Source: Glaucostegus cemiculus (Eukaryota). Taken from it: a DNA stretch of 64,000 nt. The stretch covers positions 124,001-188,000 of the forward strand of contig CDPCPM010000479.1 in assembly GCA_976551045.1 (NCBI GenBank). Direction: 5' to 3'. This document shows positions 12,186 through 25,859 of the stretch, in pieces (the stretch's first letter is position 1; every line of letters begins with the position of its first letter). The translations under genes and the position numbers were made by a program. The notes under the pieces were generated by a model. The model saw only the letters and a program-made list of their open reading frames with translations. It was not told where the DNA came from and did not search any database.

Positions 12186-12526
12186 CATAGAGGAAAATAG
12201 CACAAAACAGGCCCGTTTCCTCCCAAGTCTGTGCCGACCATTAACCACCCATATTACACCAGACCTACACTAGTCCCACTTTTTTCTGCTCAGCAACTCC
12301 TCCCAGAATCTACCACTCATCTACACACCAGAAGCAACTTAGAGTGGCCAATCAACCTACAATCCCGCACATCTTTGGAATTGGGAGGAATCTAGAGCAC
12401 CCAGAGGAAACCCATGTGGCCACAGGGAGAATGTGCAAACTTCATGCAGACAGCACCCAAGCTCAGGATTGAACCTAGTTCTCCGGCACTGTGTGTCAGC
12501 AGCACTACTACCTGCACCACCATGCC
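12186..12526 (-). mobile_element. tRNA-derived V-SINE (HE1-like)
   Basis: Reverse-complement V-domain (gggaggaatctagagcacccagaggaaacccatg...gggagaatgtgcaaacttcatgcagacagc) and B-box (ggattgaacc). Confidence 0.8.
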
Positions 12527-12767
12527 AGTGATTTGGTTGGAAGAGGTTACAGAGGAGCAAAACTATGGAGGGATTTGAGAACAAGAAAGTGAATCAGAAA
12601 AGTGAGGTGCTGTTTATCCAAAAGCCAATTTTGTTCAGCAAGCAATGGGCTGATAGGTGTGTGTGTGTGTTAGGAAATGACCTCAGATTTACAAAGAGTA
12701 GAATGAGGAAGCCTGGGCAGGAACATGCTGGAAGAGTCCAGTCCTGAGCTAGCAAGGGCATTGATGA

Positions 12768-13476
12768 CGAGGCAGTAGAGAAAGTTACAAGCTTCAAATT
12801 CCTGGGGACTCACATCACTGAAGACCTCTCCTGGGGAACTCACTCTACATTAAGCATCAGGAAGGCGCAACAGCGTCTGTACTTCCTACGGCAGCTGAAG
12901 AGTGCAAACTTGTCAACAGGCATCCTGGTCAATTTCTATAGGTGTGCGATAGAGAGCATCCTGACATATGGCATCACTGCCTGGTATGCCAGCTGTACCA
13001 ACAAAGAGAGGAAAGGCCTACAGCGGGTGATTGACACGGCACAGAAGATCACAGGGGTGCGCCTACCCGCATTGGTGGACATTTATGAGTCCCGGTGTCT
13101 GAACAAGGCTACAAACATCATTAAGGACTCTTCCCACCCGGCCCATCACCTCTTCAGTCTGCTCCCCTCAAAGAAACGCTTCAGGACATTCCACACATCC
13201 ACGGCCAGATTGAGGAATAGCTTCTTCCCCAACGCCGTGAAAATCTTAAACAAGGACTTTAAATTTCACAGATTGCACTAGTTCTTTCTCGCTTCTTCTC
13301 TCTCTCCCTCTAATACGTCAAGTAACCCTACAGTGTAAACTCTAACTTAATTTATTCTCTATTTATTTAATATTTAAGTACTGTGCCTATTGTCTGACAT
13401 GGGAGTGCCAATGAAATCTCGTTGTTCTGTTGTCTCAACGGCTCAATGACAATAAAGCAATCTTGAATCTTGAGTC
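12768..13476 (+). mobile_element. 5'-truncated Rex1/Babar-like LINE
   Basis: Open frame EAVEKVTSFKFLGTHITEDLSW...KAQQRLYFLRQLK...FYRCAIESILTYGITAWY...SHPAHHLFSLLPS..R.R.....RLRNSFFP, stop at 13281. The 3' end has aataaa plus a (tcttga)n-type tail. 7-bp TSD TTGATGA (12761-12767 / 13477-13483). Confidence 0.88.
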
Positions 13477-16400
13477 TTGATGAAGGTTTCAGCAGAAGAT
13501 CAGTTGAGACCAGGGCAAAGTTTGATCTGTGGATATTGAAGTCCAGAATTCAAATCAGGCTCAGATAAGGCACTAAGATTGTAAGCAGACTGGTTCAGTT
13601 TTTAAAAAAATTGCCAGGGGGGAGCTGGAAGAAGTGGTGAGAGAAAAGGAGTTTATGAAGAGGGTTGAAGATGAAGGTTTTCAATTTCCAAATATTCAGC
13701 CAGAGGAAATTTCTGCCTCTCCATCAATGGAAGCCGGGAAAACAACAATATCTAGAAAGAGTGGTGGGTTCAAGAAGGGTCAGTAGAGATGGCGAGGGGA
13801 TAAAGCTGGGGTTTAACAGCATGCACATAGGAACTGACACCATCTTTTTGGATGAGAGCAAGCAGATGAATGATAGGAAGCTATGGTAGATCCTTGGGGT
13901 TACAGTGCAGATGTGGGAAGAGAAAACATTGGTGGTGATTCTGAAGTTTCTGACTGGATAGATAAAAACTAGAAGCAGGCAAAGCTGTTGCAGCTAACTA
14001 GCTGGTGGTGGGAAGGACATTGAAGAAGGTTGGAGTGGTCAACCTTGTCAAAGATTGCACACAGATTGAGAAGGACAAGGGAGGGCAGATAATCTTTTGT
14101 CACAATCACTCATGAATTCTTTAGTGACATTGAAAAACCTGTAATGTGGTAGGCATGGAAACCTGATTGTAGGGATTCAAACGAGTTTCAGGTAAAGTAA
14201 GAATGAATTTTGCATGGTACAACAATCCAAGGACTTTGGAAGGCGGGGGTTGTAATTAGGTCAGCAGTTTGCAGGCACAGAAATGGCAGGGGTTAGTATT
14301 TTGACGGGGGTGATGTTGGCATATTTAAACAAGAGGACAAAAGAATAGGGAGATAACATGACAAACAAAAGCTAATGCAGAGCAAGGAAGGGAGGTGAAC
14401 TATTCATCAGTTCATTGGGAATGGAATCAAGGGCACAGGATGTGTTTCTCAAGTACATAACGAGTTACCAGAGTTTGAGGGCAGATGGGAGAGAAACTAG
14501 TGAAATGCACAGGATTGGAGGTAGAGCAGGGTGGGAACATTAACACTTTGGGTAAGGAAAAGGAAGCAGCAGATGATCTCAATATTGGTGACAAAGTCTA
14601 CTGTGCTCTGCATTCTTTTTGCCAGACATAAGGGTTGAGCAGACAGAAGAAAGGAGTTTAACGTGATAGACTACAGAAGTGAAAAGAAGCCCGGGGTTAT
14701 CTCTGCAGTTCAAGGTGAGACTGGAGTTGTGAGCAGTTTTGCCAGTTGACAGCAGGGCCTTAAACAGCCTTATGTGGTCCAGCTGGATCTGGTAGTGAAT
14801 GGGTCTGTTTTATTCATTCACATCTGTGTTCCTCAGGCTTAAAAGAGCTAAGCTGAAAGCTGTACTGGGACACGGCCAAACTGAAGGTGACTAATATTTT
14901 TAACAGGGATAAGGGCATAAGAGATAAGGGTTTGGTAGAGCAGATCAGTAATTGCAGGAACGTTGTCATTTTCATTAAAACACAGTGCAGTCACACCACA
15001 TTTAAGTGTGATTCTTAAAGGCACCTAATGTATATAAATTCATTCTTCATTTGTTTATGGCTGGAATTGTTATCATCTACCTTATTTCCAGGAAAAACCT
15101 AAGATACTATCATTAAGAAAGGCAGATGGTTATATCCCAGCAGTTTGAGTTTCAGAAATGCAGGAGAAGAGATGGAGAGGGTGAGGAATTGACTACGGTA
15201 TGTAAGCTGCCCCCTTCAGATCTCCAGCGATTCACACAATCTGCTGAACACTGAAGGGTCGTGTTCTTTCCTTGACATTACCTGGTAGAACAGCCTTGGG
15301 CTGACAGGCAACTTATAAAATGATTACTGACATATGCTAATGGGACACATACTTACAGGGTGTCCTAGGAATTGAGAAATGTAATATGCAGAGAAATTTC
15401 GGATGGGGCTTGGACACAGCTTGTTTCCTTCAAAGCATATTCCAATGACAACAATTTTGAAGATCCTTTTTATTTTTGAGTTTCCCCTGTCTATTTTCTT
15501 CCCATTCTAATCCTTTAAATTTGTACAACGAATACTTGCAGCAGATTTAAACAAATTCAGCCTGTAATATACTGTGCTAGGTTCAAAACTGCTTTTGTTT
15601 TATATTATGGAGCAACACTACCAAATTAATTTAATTTTTCTACTTAAGATATAATGTTATGAATTTTGCAGTGAGGAGAATCACTGTACCAGGTGTAGCT
15701 GTTTCCATATGCAGAATTACAAGCAAGTGTTGTGCTCCTTGAATGATTAGGTGAACTATTTCGGTCCCATTTGTTCCTCTGTCTTTCTGCCCTTCCCTCC
15801 CCACCCCCATCATTTCACTCCATTAAGGACATTAAGTGTGGGCAAATGTGACTTGAATTAATAATCCAAGTATTTTCAAGTAGCAGGCACTAAGACCTTG
15901 AAAACTTAATATGGCTGGAAAACCAATTTGTACCCTCAGTCCGTCCTCCTGGTATTACCTGGGCATTGCCTGCTTCACCCTTGATTGCTCCAGAATCATT
16001 CATATTATGTGAACATCGTTTTTATTGTAAATTAAGAATAACCTAACAGTTCCTCCTTTCTACACACTGAAACATTAGACATATAGAGAACATCATGTGC
16101 TAAGGATTAATTTAAGGCTGTAATCTAGTACTGGGAATCATCATTCTAAAGCACTGCATGCTGTTTATTAGTATTATCCGATATTTGAAATTTGTATTCA
16201 CAACTTACGATTACAATGATTATTACATTATTTTAGTGGCCGTTGCAATATAATTATCAGGCACAATACTATAATAATATTTGGTCTGATGAGATGAGAT
16301 AAGAGAAAAATCTCTGTCTCTACCTTTGATTGCAACCCACCAGCAAAAAGCAAAGGCAGTAAACTGAACACACAATAAGGTAAGAACTCCCTGAACTTCC

Positions 16401-17627
16401 ATACACCGTACAGGATCAACAAACCTTTATCTTTTATTCTCCTACATGAGTTAATGCTTTGTAATATAAAGCAGAAAACTCCCCATATCATGGCATGGCT
16501 GTGTATCCATCACACTCAGTAATAATAAATGCAGAGCAGTCAGCATAAAACAAGTGAAAAACCAGGAGATGTCTTTATATTTCTTTCAAAGTTAAAGATG
16601 AAGAATATACTGTTTTTCTTAATGCTTAGTGTTAACTTAATGCATGTTGTTATAATTTTTTAAATATTTATTAAAAATAATAGCACATTCTAAGAACTTT
16701 GTCATATTGCCATTCAACCAGTGCGCGCTCACTGCATTCATGTGATGTCCCTTCACTAACCATTTCTCAGAACAACCGATGGTTATTTTTAAACTTTTGT
16801 TACTGCTAATGTTGATTAAAACCTAATATAAACCTGATAAGAAGTTAAATCAAGCAGTACTTCTGCTGTCTCAAATGGAAATTGCTGTTCCTGCCACAGT
16901 CAAAGGCACATTTAAATATGACACATGCCTTTAAAACAAAGCTGTTGGTTCTTATCCCTGATGTATAATGCAAACATATCACAATGGATATGATGGACTG
17001 AGAAATGTAAAAATGAAATATAACCAGATTAAATTTAACTTGGGAAATGTATTTAAATGCTAGGGAAATTTATATTTAAGATCTGTTGATATCACCAGAT
17101 GGCATAATTTTCTTCTGCTGCACTGTGATGTAGATTTTTAAAAAAATGTTAAACAAGATTTGTTAATTTTAAAAGTAAGCTGAGTACCTGATGGAGTGAC
17201 CTCCAGAGATTTGTAAAATCATTTCTCATCAGCTGCGTAAATAGCACCTGGACCACAATGAAACTATTTTGCCCTAGAAATGATATTGCATAATTTTCCA
17301 CAGCATTTTGTGGGAGAAAATTGACTTTACACAGATATTAATGAGCACTTTGGAATTGCTTCACATCACTCTGGAAATTTGACCAACTATGTCCTAGCAT
17401 GAATCATACTTGCACAACTGATGCCTTTCTCTATGTATTGCTCTTTTTAAGCCCTCTGATTCCCTCACCACCACACACACCCAGACTCTGTGATCCCCTG
17501 TGGTCATGACCTCTGTCAGCCATTCTTCAGATGATGCAGTCCCCTCCCACCACCCCCAAGTTATTGATCCTGATAGAGCCTAAAATCTGACGTTCAGACA
17601 CCTAACTTGGTCATCAGCTGCTATCCT

Positions 17628-17958
17628 TGGTATTGATCGGGTAGATAGTCAGAGGCTTTTCCCCAGGGCTGAAATAGTGGCCACAAGAGGACATAGGTTT
17701 AAGGTGCTGGGGGGTAGATATAGAGGAGATGTCAGGGGAAATTTTTTTTACTCAGAGTGGTGGGTGCGTGGAGTGGGCTGCCGGAAGCAGTGGTGGAGGC
17801 GGATACGATAGGGTCTTTCAAAAGACTGTTAGATAGGTACATGGAGCTAAGTAAGATAGAGGGCTATGGGAATGCCCAGTAGTTTCTAGTGTAGGGACAT
17901 GTTCGGCACAGCTTTGTGGGCCAAAGGGCCTGAATTGTGCTGTAGTTTTTCTATGTTT
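17628..17958 (+). mobile_element. 5'-truncated CR1 (HER1-like) LINE 3' end
   Basis: Encodes RGHRFKV...GDVRG.FF...VVGAWSGLP..VVEA..IGSFK..LDRYM, with tail tttctatgtttctat and TSD CTATCCT (17621-17627 / 17959-17965). Confidence 0.85.
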
Positions 17959-18427
17959 CTATCCTAGGCCCAGATCTTTGGTGAAGATCTTGGATCCAGC
18001 ACCCAACCTAGCCTTGATCCTTGCAGAGGATTCCTGACCCCTAGTGCCAGCTTTCTTCCCACTGCATTTTCCTTGCAGATCCACCCCAGGCACTGATCTA
18101 CATCTTGAAGCCCTCTTTGGCACACGTGCCTCCCCAGACCCATCCTCAATCCCAGGCCAGAGATGCTGCTGGAATTTGTAACGTGGGGACTTACAATTTG
18201 CATGCACTGCTCTTTCTAAGGTTACCTTGGCTAACTTGCTTTAATTGATTAAGACTTTTATTTTCCCTTCCTCTATGTGCATAATTCAAAAACTTGCTGT
18301 GTGTTTTGGTTTAAATTATCAAACATTTCTGTATCCATTAAGGCTCAAATGAAACTCCCTCATTAATTGAATACTGAGTAAGAGTAAACTTAATGGAATA
18401 TAATTGAAAAAGACTTAAATGAAAATT

Positions 18428-18560
18428 AAAAAGAAACTGCAGATGTTGGAAATCTGAAATGAAAACATAAAAATTTGGAAATACTCAGCACATCAGGCTG
18501 CATCTGTGGAAAACGTAACACAATTAACGTTTCAGGTTAATGATCTTTGTTGGAACTTCA
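18428..18560 (-). mobile_element. Penelope pLTR fragment
   Basis: aactgcagatgttggaaatctgaaatgaaaac...tactcagca...catctgtggaaaa...ttaacgtttcagg belongs to the same family as the other pLTR copies. Confidence 0.65.
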
Positions 18561-19496
18561 TTTGTGTTTATGTATAAGGCAACACATGTAAGCTGAGCCC
18601 AAGAGCAGCTGGGAGGTTGAGCCTGTAGTCATTAGTTTTACTAAGCTGTGATATTTTTACCCAAAGAATCATGTGTGAGTAATGTAAAATAATACAGCGA
18701 TGACTGAACTGCAGTGACACTAAGATTGCAGAGGAATCTTGATAAACATGAAAAGCCCACTTTCATAGACTGTTAAGAATGATATAAACAATATTAACAA
18801 TGACAGATTCTTTAAACTAGTTCAAAGAATCAATTTACAGCATCTTCATTTAAACATGTATAAATAAACTACTGGATATACTCAGAAGGTCAGACAGCAC
18901 CTGCAGGAAAAGAAACAGATGTAATATTCCAGATTGAAGCCTTTTGTCATCATTGGGACCTTTTCACTATAAATAAGTGGTGATTTATGGAAAACTTAAT
19001 ACTCAGGATTCAAGTACGAAAACTGGATTATTACTGAACATACTACTGGGGTCCCTATGACTGGAGTTATCACCTCATCTTTCTTGGTTGTTGTAGCAAT
19101 TAGAACAATTATTAATTCATTCTCTAGCTCACTGCTTCTACAAAGAAAAACTGAGCAACATGCATAGCAATTTTTAAAACAAATAGAAAACTCAACCATC
19201 TCACCTTTCTGTAACGTAATGGGTGCACAATCGGTGGAGGATCCACCTGTGGTACGGCTTTGCTCAAGAATGCTGCACGAGTTTGATAATTCTTTACAAA
19301 GTGGGCCTACAAACACAAAACCGAGATACATGAAACTACTAGAATTAGAAATTTCACCATCAGACCAAGACTAACAGTTGTAGGCACCATGAATGGTTTG
19401 TTCAATGTAGAACAATATGCAACCATTGATCTACAAATTCATTCTCATATAGTGAATAACTATCTTCTCATTTAACATTTCTACATGATATGTGTA

Positions 19497-19747
19497 CAGG
19501 CGACCACTGTGTTATGGCCAGTTGGGTAACAGAAATTCACCCTTACAGAATTCACAAATCACTACCCAAAAATTTGAGATACAGAGTAAAAGTCACTCTC
19601 ATGGAATTTATGCAGTAAAAGTAAATAAAGAAACACAATTTTGTTTTTCAATCCATGTTCCTTCACACATGCAGATAACGTGACTTCGCACTAAGGACCA
19701 TTTTCTAGGAATGCAAACCCACCTCCCACATAACACGGGGTCGCCTG
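19497..19747. mobile_element. Tc1/mariner-pogo (Tigger-like) MITE
   Basis: TA|CAGGCGACCACTGTGTTATG ... CATAACACGGGGTCGCCTG|TA: ~20-bp TIRs starting CAG, TA target duplication, 251 bp, non-coding. Confidence 0.85.
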
Positions 19748-20759
19748 TATTTTTATTAAAATGTTTTATCATAGTACAACAGCTGTAACCACACTTTTAC
19801 ACATACTAAATCAATGGAATTTTTTGGTTTGCAAGAATTTCTGTTTTTGACTTATAGTTACAATGAGGATCTATTGGAGCACATGTATATTAATTTGATG
19901 ATATAATGATGATATCTTATAATTATGATTTTATTGTAACTGATACAAGCAAGGGGAGAAACATTTTGGACACTACCTCACCATAATGCAATAACAATAT
20001 TCTGCCCACAAAATAACACTTACTAAATATCAGAAGTAGTTCATTGTATCAAGTTCCTTTAGATGTTTGATATGAAAGGCTTTGTAAATGCAAGCATTTA
20101 TTAATCCTTTCAGTTCTTTTGACTGTGATAAGCAAAAACAGTGTTTAAAATGCCTGTTTCTTTACAACTCTGTACCGAGCAAACCAAATATAAAATGAAC
20201 TGCTGTTAAGCTGATTTAAAAATGACTTTATAATTGAGAGTTAGAATGAGAGTTTCCCAATCAACACATTAGGCATGGCAACCAATGAAAATTATTTTAT
20301 ATGAATGGCAAAAAAAATGTGATTTAGTACTCCTAAGTTTGGCTTGCTTTAACTGTGTATTATTCCCACTCTTGATGAGAGATGTTATTTATATATGTAT
20401 TTATACTGTAAGGCTGCAAACAAACCTGATGAGTCTTTTTTTTCTTCTTCATTTCATCTATTGCTTTCTGTTCCTCTATCCACTTTTGCTGAAATTTATG
20501 TTCCAGCAGGTCAAACATAGGGGTTGAAGGCCTACGAAAAAGTTGTTAAAAATCAATTGACAAATATTCCACTGATTTTGTATAACTGTGGTAAAGATGA
20601 GGTTGGAATTTGGTTACTTCCTAGAACATAGTGAAAAGACAACTCATTAGATCTTGCACCCATTGTCCACGATTGGAAAAATTATGCGCCATCTTATGAT
20701 GCCACGCAACATTATATACAACAATCCTCTTCTCATGTAACAACAAGCAATACACACCA

Positions 20760-20945
20760 AATCACTCTTCATTTGCTGGGTCTAAATCTAAATCTTGGGA
20801 TTCCCTTCTCAAGGAAATACCTTCACCAGACAAACTGCAGCAATCCAAGAAGGCAGCTCATCACCACCTTCTCCAACAATTAGGGACTAGCAATAAATGA
20901 TGGTTTTTGCCAGTGATGCCCAGAACCAAAAGATGAATAAATTAA
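20760..20945 (+). mobile_element. CR1-type 3' tail fragment
   Basis: caagaaggcagctcatcaccaccttctc...gcaataaatg...gccagtgatgccca...gaataaa matches the tail at 26640-26740. Confidence 0.65.
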
Positions 20946-23269
20946 AACAAAGCATTTCACGAGTAATTCATTGTGTTAAGCTCTGAGATGTTTGAAGTAA
21001 GAGGTTCTATATATTTACTTATCTCTTCTGTGCTACTAACTGTATTCGATAATAACATTGCATAAAACATATGATATCTCCTTTACTCCATTAAATGTTG
21101 TTGTTGAGCTGATGTAAAATGACTTTATTATAGGTAACTGGACCTGATACAAGCCAAGGGGTTTAGATAACATAAATGATGAGACAGCAGGTTCAGCTGC
21201 CTTTGGTCCCTAAAGTCCTGAGATTAAGCCATGCCTTGGAATCACCTCCTGCGACTTTCAACTGATTTTATATTCAAACTGTTTATTTTTTACGTGTATG
21301 TAAATTAGCTGGGGGAAGGGTGGTCAAAAGATGGTGGGGTTAGGTGGGAGGGGGTACATTATACCTTTGATCTGATACTTTGACACAAAAGCATTGTTTT
21401 GTGTGGACAAATGCTTATCTTTTTCCTCCATTTCCTTACTGCATTGTACCACCAGTACAAGCAAATTTCTCAATATAATATGATTCCTGTTGGTTCACTA
21501 AGAAATAATATCACATGTATTACTGGGATGTACACAGTGTGATATGGATTGAGAATATTAGATATCTGGGAATGACTCTGAGGTGGTAATTGCACCAAGA
21601 GGCCTGGATGAAGGAAAAATTGCTGGAGCATATCTTTAATGATTTATAACTGGCAATACAACCAGAAGTGAGATTATTTGGTATAAGCTACTTAAGTCAC
21701 CCTTATGGTTCTAAAATAATAGTGATTTAATAGGGGACTGTTTCCAAGCTGAGATTGGGCTGTACGTTTGGCAGTGGTCATGTAGGTAGGAGATAGGTCT
21801 GTTGGATGATTTGGTACAAGGATATTTTATGCAGTTAAAACTTGCACACGGAAGGTGCAATGATTCTGGTATAATCATGACAGATTCACTGAGTGATAAT
21901 CTGTGGTCGATTACTAGAAATACCGGAGTATATATCACATTGGTGCTCTCAGGCATCAGCTCCTACCACTGAAACTGAACAATTAGATTTACCGTCATCA
22001 GAAACTCCACTGCATAGGAGTTACTTGGGAGATTTATTGGCTGTATTTCTCAAAAAATGTAAATACAGAGTTAAAACCTTATTATAAATGCAGGACCAAA
22101 AAAAGGAGCTAGTATATACAGAATGAACTTAAAAAGCTAATTAATGCTTTAAAAATGTTTCGTGGTTCAGTACACTTCTGTAATTGTGCTGTTTTATTCA
22201 CTAGTAAAGATTTGTAGAAAATCTTTCTTGCAGATGTATATTAGAAAAATATATGCGCATATTTTGCAAAATGTAAGGGATTCAAGGAATTAATGTGTTT
22301 TTCTTATTTGAATTGTGAGGAGTCACCATTATTGCTGCCGACATGTTCATAATATAATCACTAATAAGTATTCACCTTTAGTACCTGAATGGTGAAACTC
22401 AAAATCTATCCGTGGTCCATTCTATCTGACTCACAGCTGGGAGAGTGTGCAATGTTGTAACACTGTCCCTCTGGGGCCAGGTACACAATGCAGGTTTCCA
22501 CCTGCACACTGCACGCTTCTATTCAGTTAATTGTTCCCTCCTGGCCCAGTCTGTCTGTACTAACAAGGACAGTAGCAGGATGGTAATTGAAGTACTTAGC
22601 AATACACACATGAACAGGATACTGTGACTAATTAGGGGAAGGAGGGCCATTGGGCCTTTTAATTGTTTGTGGTTTATGGGAAAATCTTAAAATAAAGAAG
22701 GTTAAAATATTCATTAGGGGTGTGCAATAATGTATCATTCAGTTGTGTTTTCCATAAAGATCTCTGTGCACTATTAAAGCAGTTATTATGATGTAGCACA
22801 TGTACTGTGGATCTACTGATATCGACCGCTTGTGACATCAGATAGATATTCCTTTTGTCAAGAAGGAAATTTCAGACTACAGATGTTCAGTACATGAGAA
22901 TATTCTTGTTATATTAACAGCGGGAATAAAATCAAAGATGACGGTAGAGGATAGATTCTGTCTACAGTGACTTTAACAATAAAATCTAAGTTGGGACAAA
23001 GTCAAATTTTTGTTTGAAAGCATTGAAGATCTTAACACTCTTCAGAAATAATACGTTTGGTAATCATGGAGACTGGTTCTGTTAAACAATGTATTTCATG
23101 TTCCTGTTTAACATGTTCAGACAAAAACACATTTATACATACATTTGCAGTGCAAGACTAAGGCAATAATGTCTTGCCCAAGCTACTATCTTTTGCATGA
23201 GATTCTAGACCAAGATCCCATTTCCCACTGCAAGTGGACTTAAAAGTTCCCATGACAAAATTCAAAGGA

Positions 23270-23470
23270 GATCTTTCCCAGTGTGTGCATCAGCATTTAT
23301 CCCCCGTTCAATATCACCGAAAACTGACTACTTGCTCTTCTATCTTATTGGTGTTGTGGGATCTTCCTGTGTACAAATTTGCCACATTTGCTGGCATAAC
23401 ACCGTGACTGCACTAACTTAAAAGGATTGTGTAGGTTTTTTAAGACATCCTGATGATATAAGATTTGCTG
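23270..23470 (+). mobile_element. Deu-domain SINE remnant
   Basis: ttgtgggatcttcctgtgtacaaatttgcc...taacaccgtgactgcact resembles the Deu core also seen at 49810-49900. Confidence 0.55.
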
Positions 23471-23658
23471 TCGAACATGAGTCCACAATGGATGAAAAGG
23501 ATTAATGTCTGGAAATTCATCCCTGGCTGGTAGCACCAGATGAACAAACAGCAGAGTCAGTGCATAGGACTCAGAATGCAATTTCAGCAGCAGAGTGAAA
23601 TAGAATTTCGGAGGAAGAGCACAGCATGCAGATACTACCTTATAATGCACAATCAGGG

Positions 23659-24243
23659 ATCAGAATCAGAATCAGAATCAGTTTTATTGTCACAACCATA
23701 TACATACATAGTATGCATAGGAGCGAGATACCGTCCTCCTCAGGTGCTCGTCCCATAAAATAACATAACAACCAACAGAGACACACATACACACTTGACA
23801 GAATAAACATTACAAAACATTAAACATTAAAAGCTATGGAAGTTAAAATTAAATTAGTACGCAGATTAAATTGAAAATGGCCGGTAAATAAATAAATAGT
23901 TATTAAAGTGAACGGGCTGGTGTCGGGCATTTAAAGTGCTGGTGAATTTCTGTGCACCTAGCATCTCTTAGTGTTAACAAAGGAAGATGGAGGGATGAGA
24001 GAGTTTGCAGTTCTGATGGCTTGTGGAAAGAAGCTATTGTTCAGCCTGGTCGTTCTTGCCCTGATACATTTAAGCCTCCTCCCTGATGGCAAAATTGTGA
24101 AGAGGTGGTGGGAGGGGTGAGAAGGGTCGGCCATTATGCTTTTGGTCTTCCTCACACAACGGTCTTTGTATATGTCTGCGAGTGATGGAAGCGAGACACC
24201 TATGATCCACTCCGCAGCCCTATCTATCTTCTGGAGAACTTCT
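23659..24243 (-). mobile_element. 5'-truncated Rex1/Babar-like LINE
   Basis: Minus ORF ...LQKIDRAAEWIIGVSLPSLADIYKDRCVRKTKSIMADPSHPSHHLFTILPSGRRLKCIRARTTRLNNSFFPQAIR. The (gaatca)n tail at ~23659-23681 lies next to a minus-strand AATAAA. Confidence 0.88.
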
Positions 24244-24399
24244 AAGCATAAACCTTTATGTTTAGAAGACTCCATGTGTCACTTTCATTGCACACTGATA
24301 ATATGGTGATATATTACAGAGTCACATGCGTGAATGAGTCGAGTGTAGAATGTGCAACAATAATTGTAATTCACACACAACATTGCTCAAATGCATGAA

Positions 24400-25300
24400 A
24401 TGTTCATGAGGGACTTTATTACAAGGAGGGAAAGTTAGAATGCACAGCAAGCACGAAGGGAAGGAGAGAATTGGGATAAAAGAGGCTTGGTCAAAAAGGA
24501 AGATCCTCAGGTTATTTTTTATGGCAGGTTAGTGGGACAAGTAGGGAGTGGGGATGGGGGAAGGTTCTAGGTGATACGTTGCTAAGGCAGAAAGGCCCGG
24601 AAAGAGACCTTCAGAGGTCAAGACCGGAGTGGCCAAATGAACACCCATCTTTGATGAAATGGAGGGAGGAGGGATGAAGAGACATCGAATGGTAAAGGAG
24701 CAGAAGGTGTGCAAAGACTGAAGGAAGGAGAAACAAAATGACTAATACTGCATGTTGTGAAGCCATGAAATGATTTGGAAGCAAGGATTTAGGAACTAGG
24801 CACCCCAAGGTACAGCAAGCTATAATCGGGCTGATTTGGCATGGGTGAGAAGATGGGTGGCAGCAATTCAGATATATTTGGGCCTTTAGCAAGTTATAAG
24901 TGGACACTAAACGGTGACATTGGCATGGAAGGAGTTTCAATAAGAGAAATTAAAAGAAAAATGTGGTAAATACCACAGAGGCGAAGGTTGGCAGTTTTAA
25001 CAACAAAAATATTGTGGAGGATGATGCTGGGCTCAGGGCTGTGCAGTATGCGTTGGTTAGGTATTGCCTGACATGCCAGTTGCTAGGTTGGTGGAATCAA
25101 GCCCAAAGGCACAGCAAGGATGTCAGATACTAACGTGAATAGAAATAGTCTTGCCATTGTACAGCTGGAGGACATCTTAATTAATCAAGTTCTGGAAATC
25201 CATCGGGTGCTTCGATTGCTGTAATCACCTTGTGTCGAAGGATCAGGTGATGACATCAGTCTGGGTACTATCTGCATTTATGTGGAAGAGGACAGTGTAC
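24400..25300 (-). mobile_element. Highly degraded LINE (L2/CR1-like)
   Basis: Purine-rich stretch resembling the L2 at 11930-15200, with ctgggtactatctgcatttatgtggaag as a possible relic of the H.YADD motif on the minus strand. Confidence 0.4.
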
Positions 25301-25859
25301 TTCCAGATTACACCACTGACACGTTAACAAATACCTACCGTCTCTGAGATTTATCTATACCATTCCTTTAGTTGTCCATCAAGAAAGGTGTATATTTTAT
25401 GATTTAACAGAACTGATGGTCTTAGATTTGCTGCCCTGTTATAGTCTACTTGGTGATGTCAAATCAGAACCCAGCATTGCATTTCAAATCAGACAATAGG
25501 AAAGCAATAGCGGATTATGATAATTCCTGTGCTTTGCTGTAAGGTTTTCCTAAGTTTGTTTTCAATGTAATCTTTCTTAAATCAATAAAATTTTTCAAGA
25601 ACTTTGATTGCCACGCACAAGAACCTTTCTGATGATTAAAATAAAATTTTATAATATAGGAATGTTCAATATTGGGTCAAAGAAGTTTGATCTTCTCGAT
25701 AACAAAAAGGTTCTGCAGAGAGCTATTGAAATACTTAACTGTCAATGTGTGGTGTACCAGTTTTGATAATAATTTCTTATACTGAGCAATTTTACTTCTA
25801 TCTAATTACATTTGTTATCAGTGAATTAAGTGGGGGATTTTTATCTGATGGAGTGAAAA

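Larger units (their letters stand above)
11930..15200 (-). mobile_element. Old L2-clade LINE, interrupted by a SINE and a Rex1/Babar insertion
   Basis: Minus-strand relic RT motifs LVLLNLCAIFDKVDHS (~14030-14090; cf. LLDLSAAFDTVDH) and PQGS (~13885-13900), with many stops. Boundaries are approximate. Confidence 0.7.

Noticed and set aside
21560-22030. Possible GIY-YIG relic (STNVIY) on the minus strand
   Set aside because: Only a short motif matches; the downstream C..C/YIG residues are absent.
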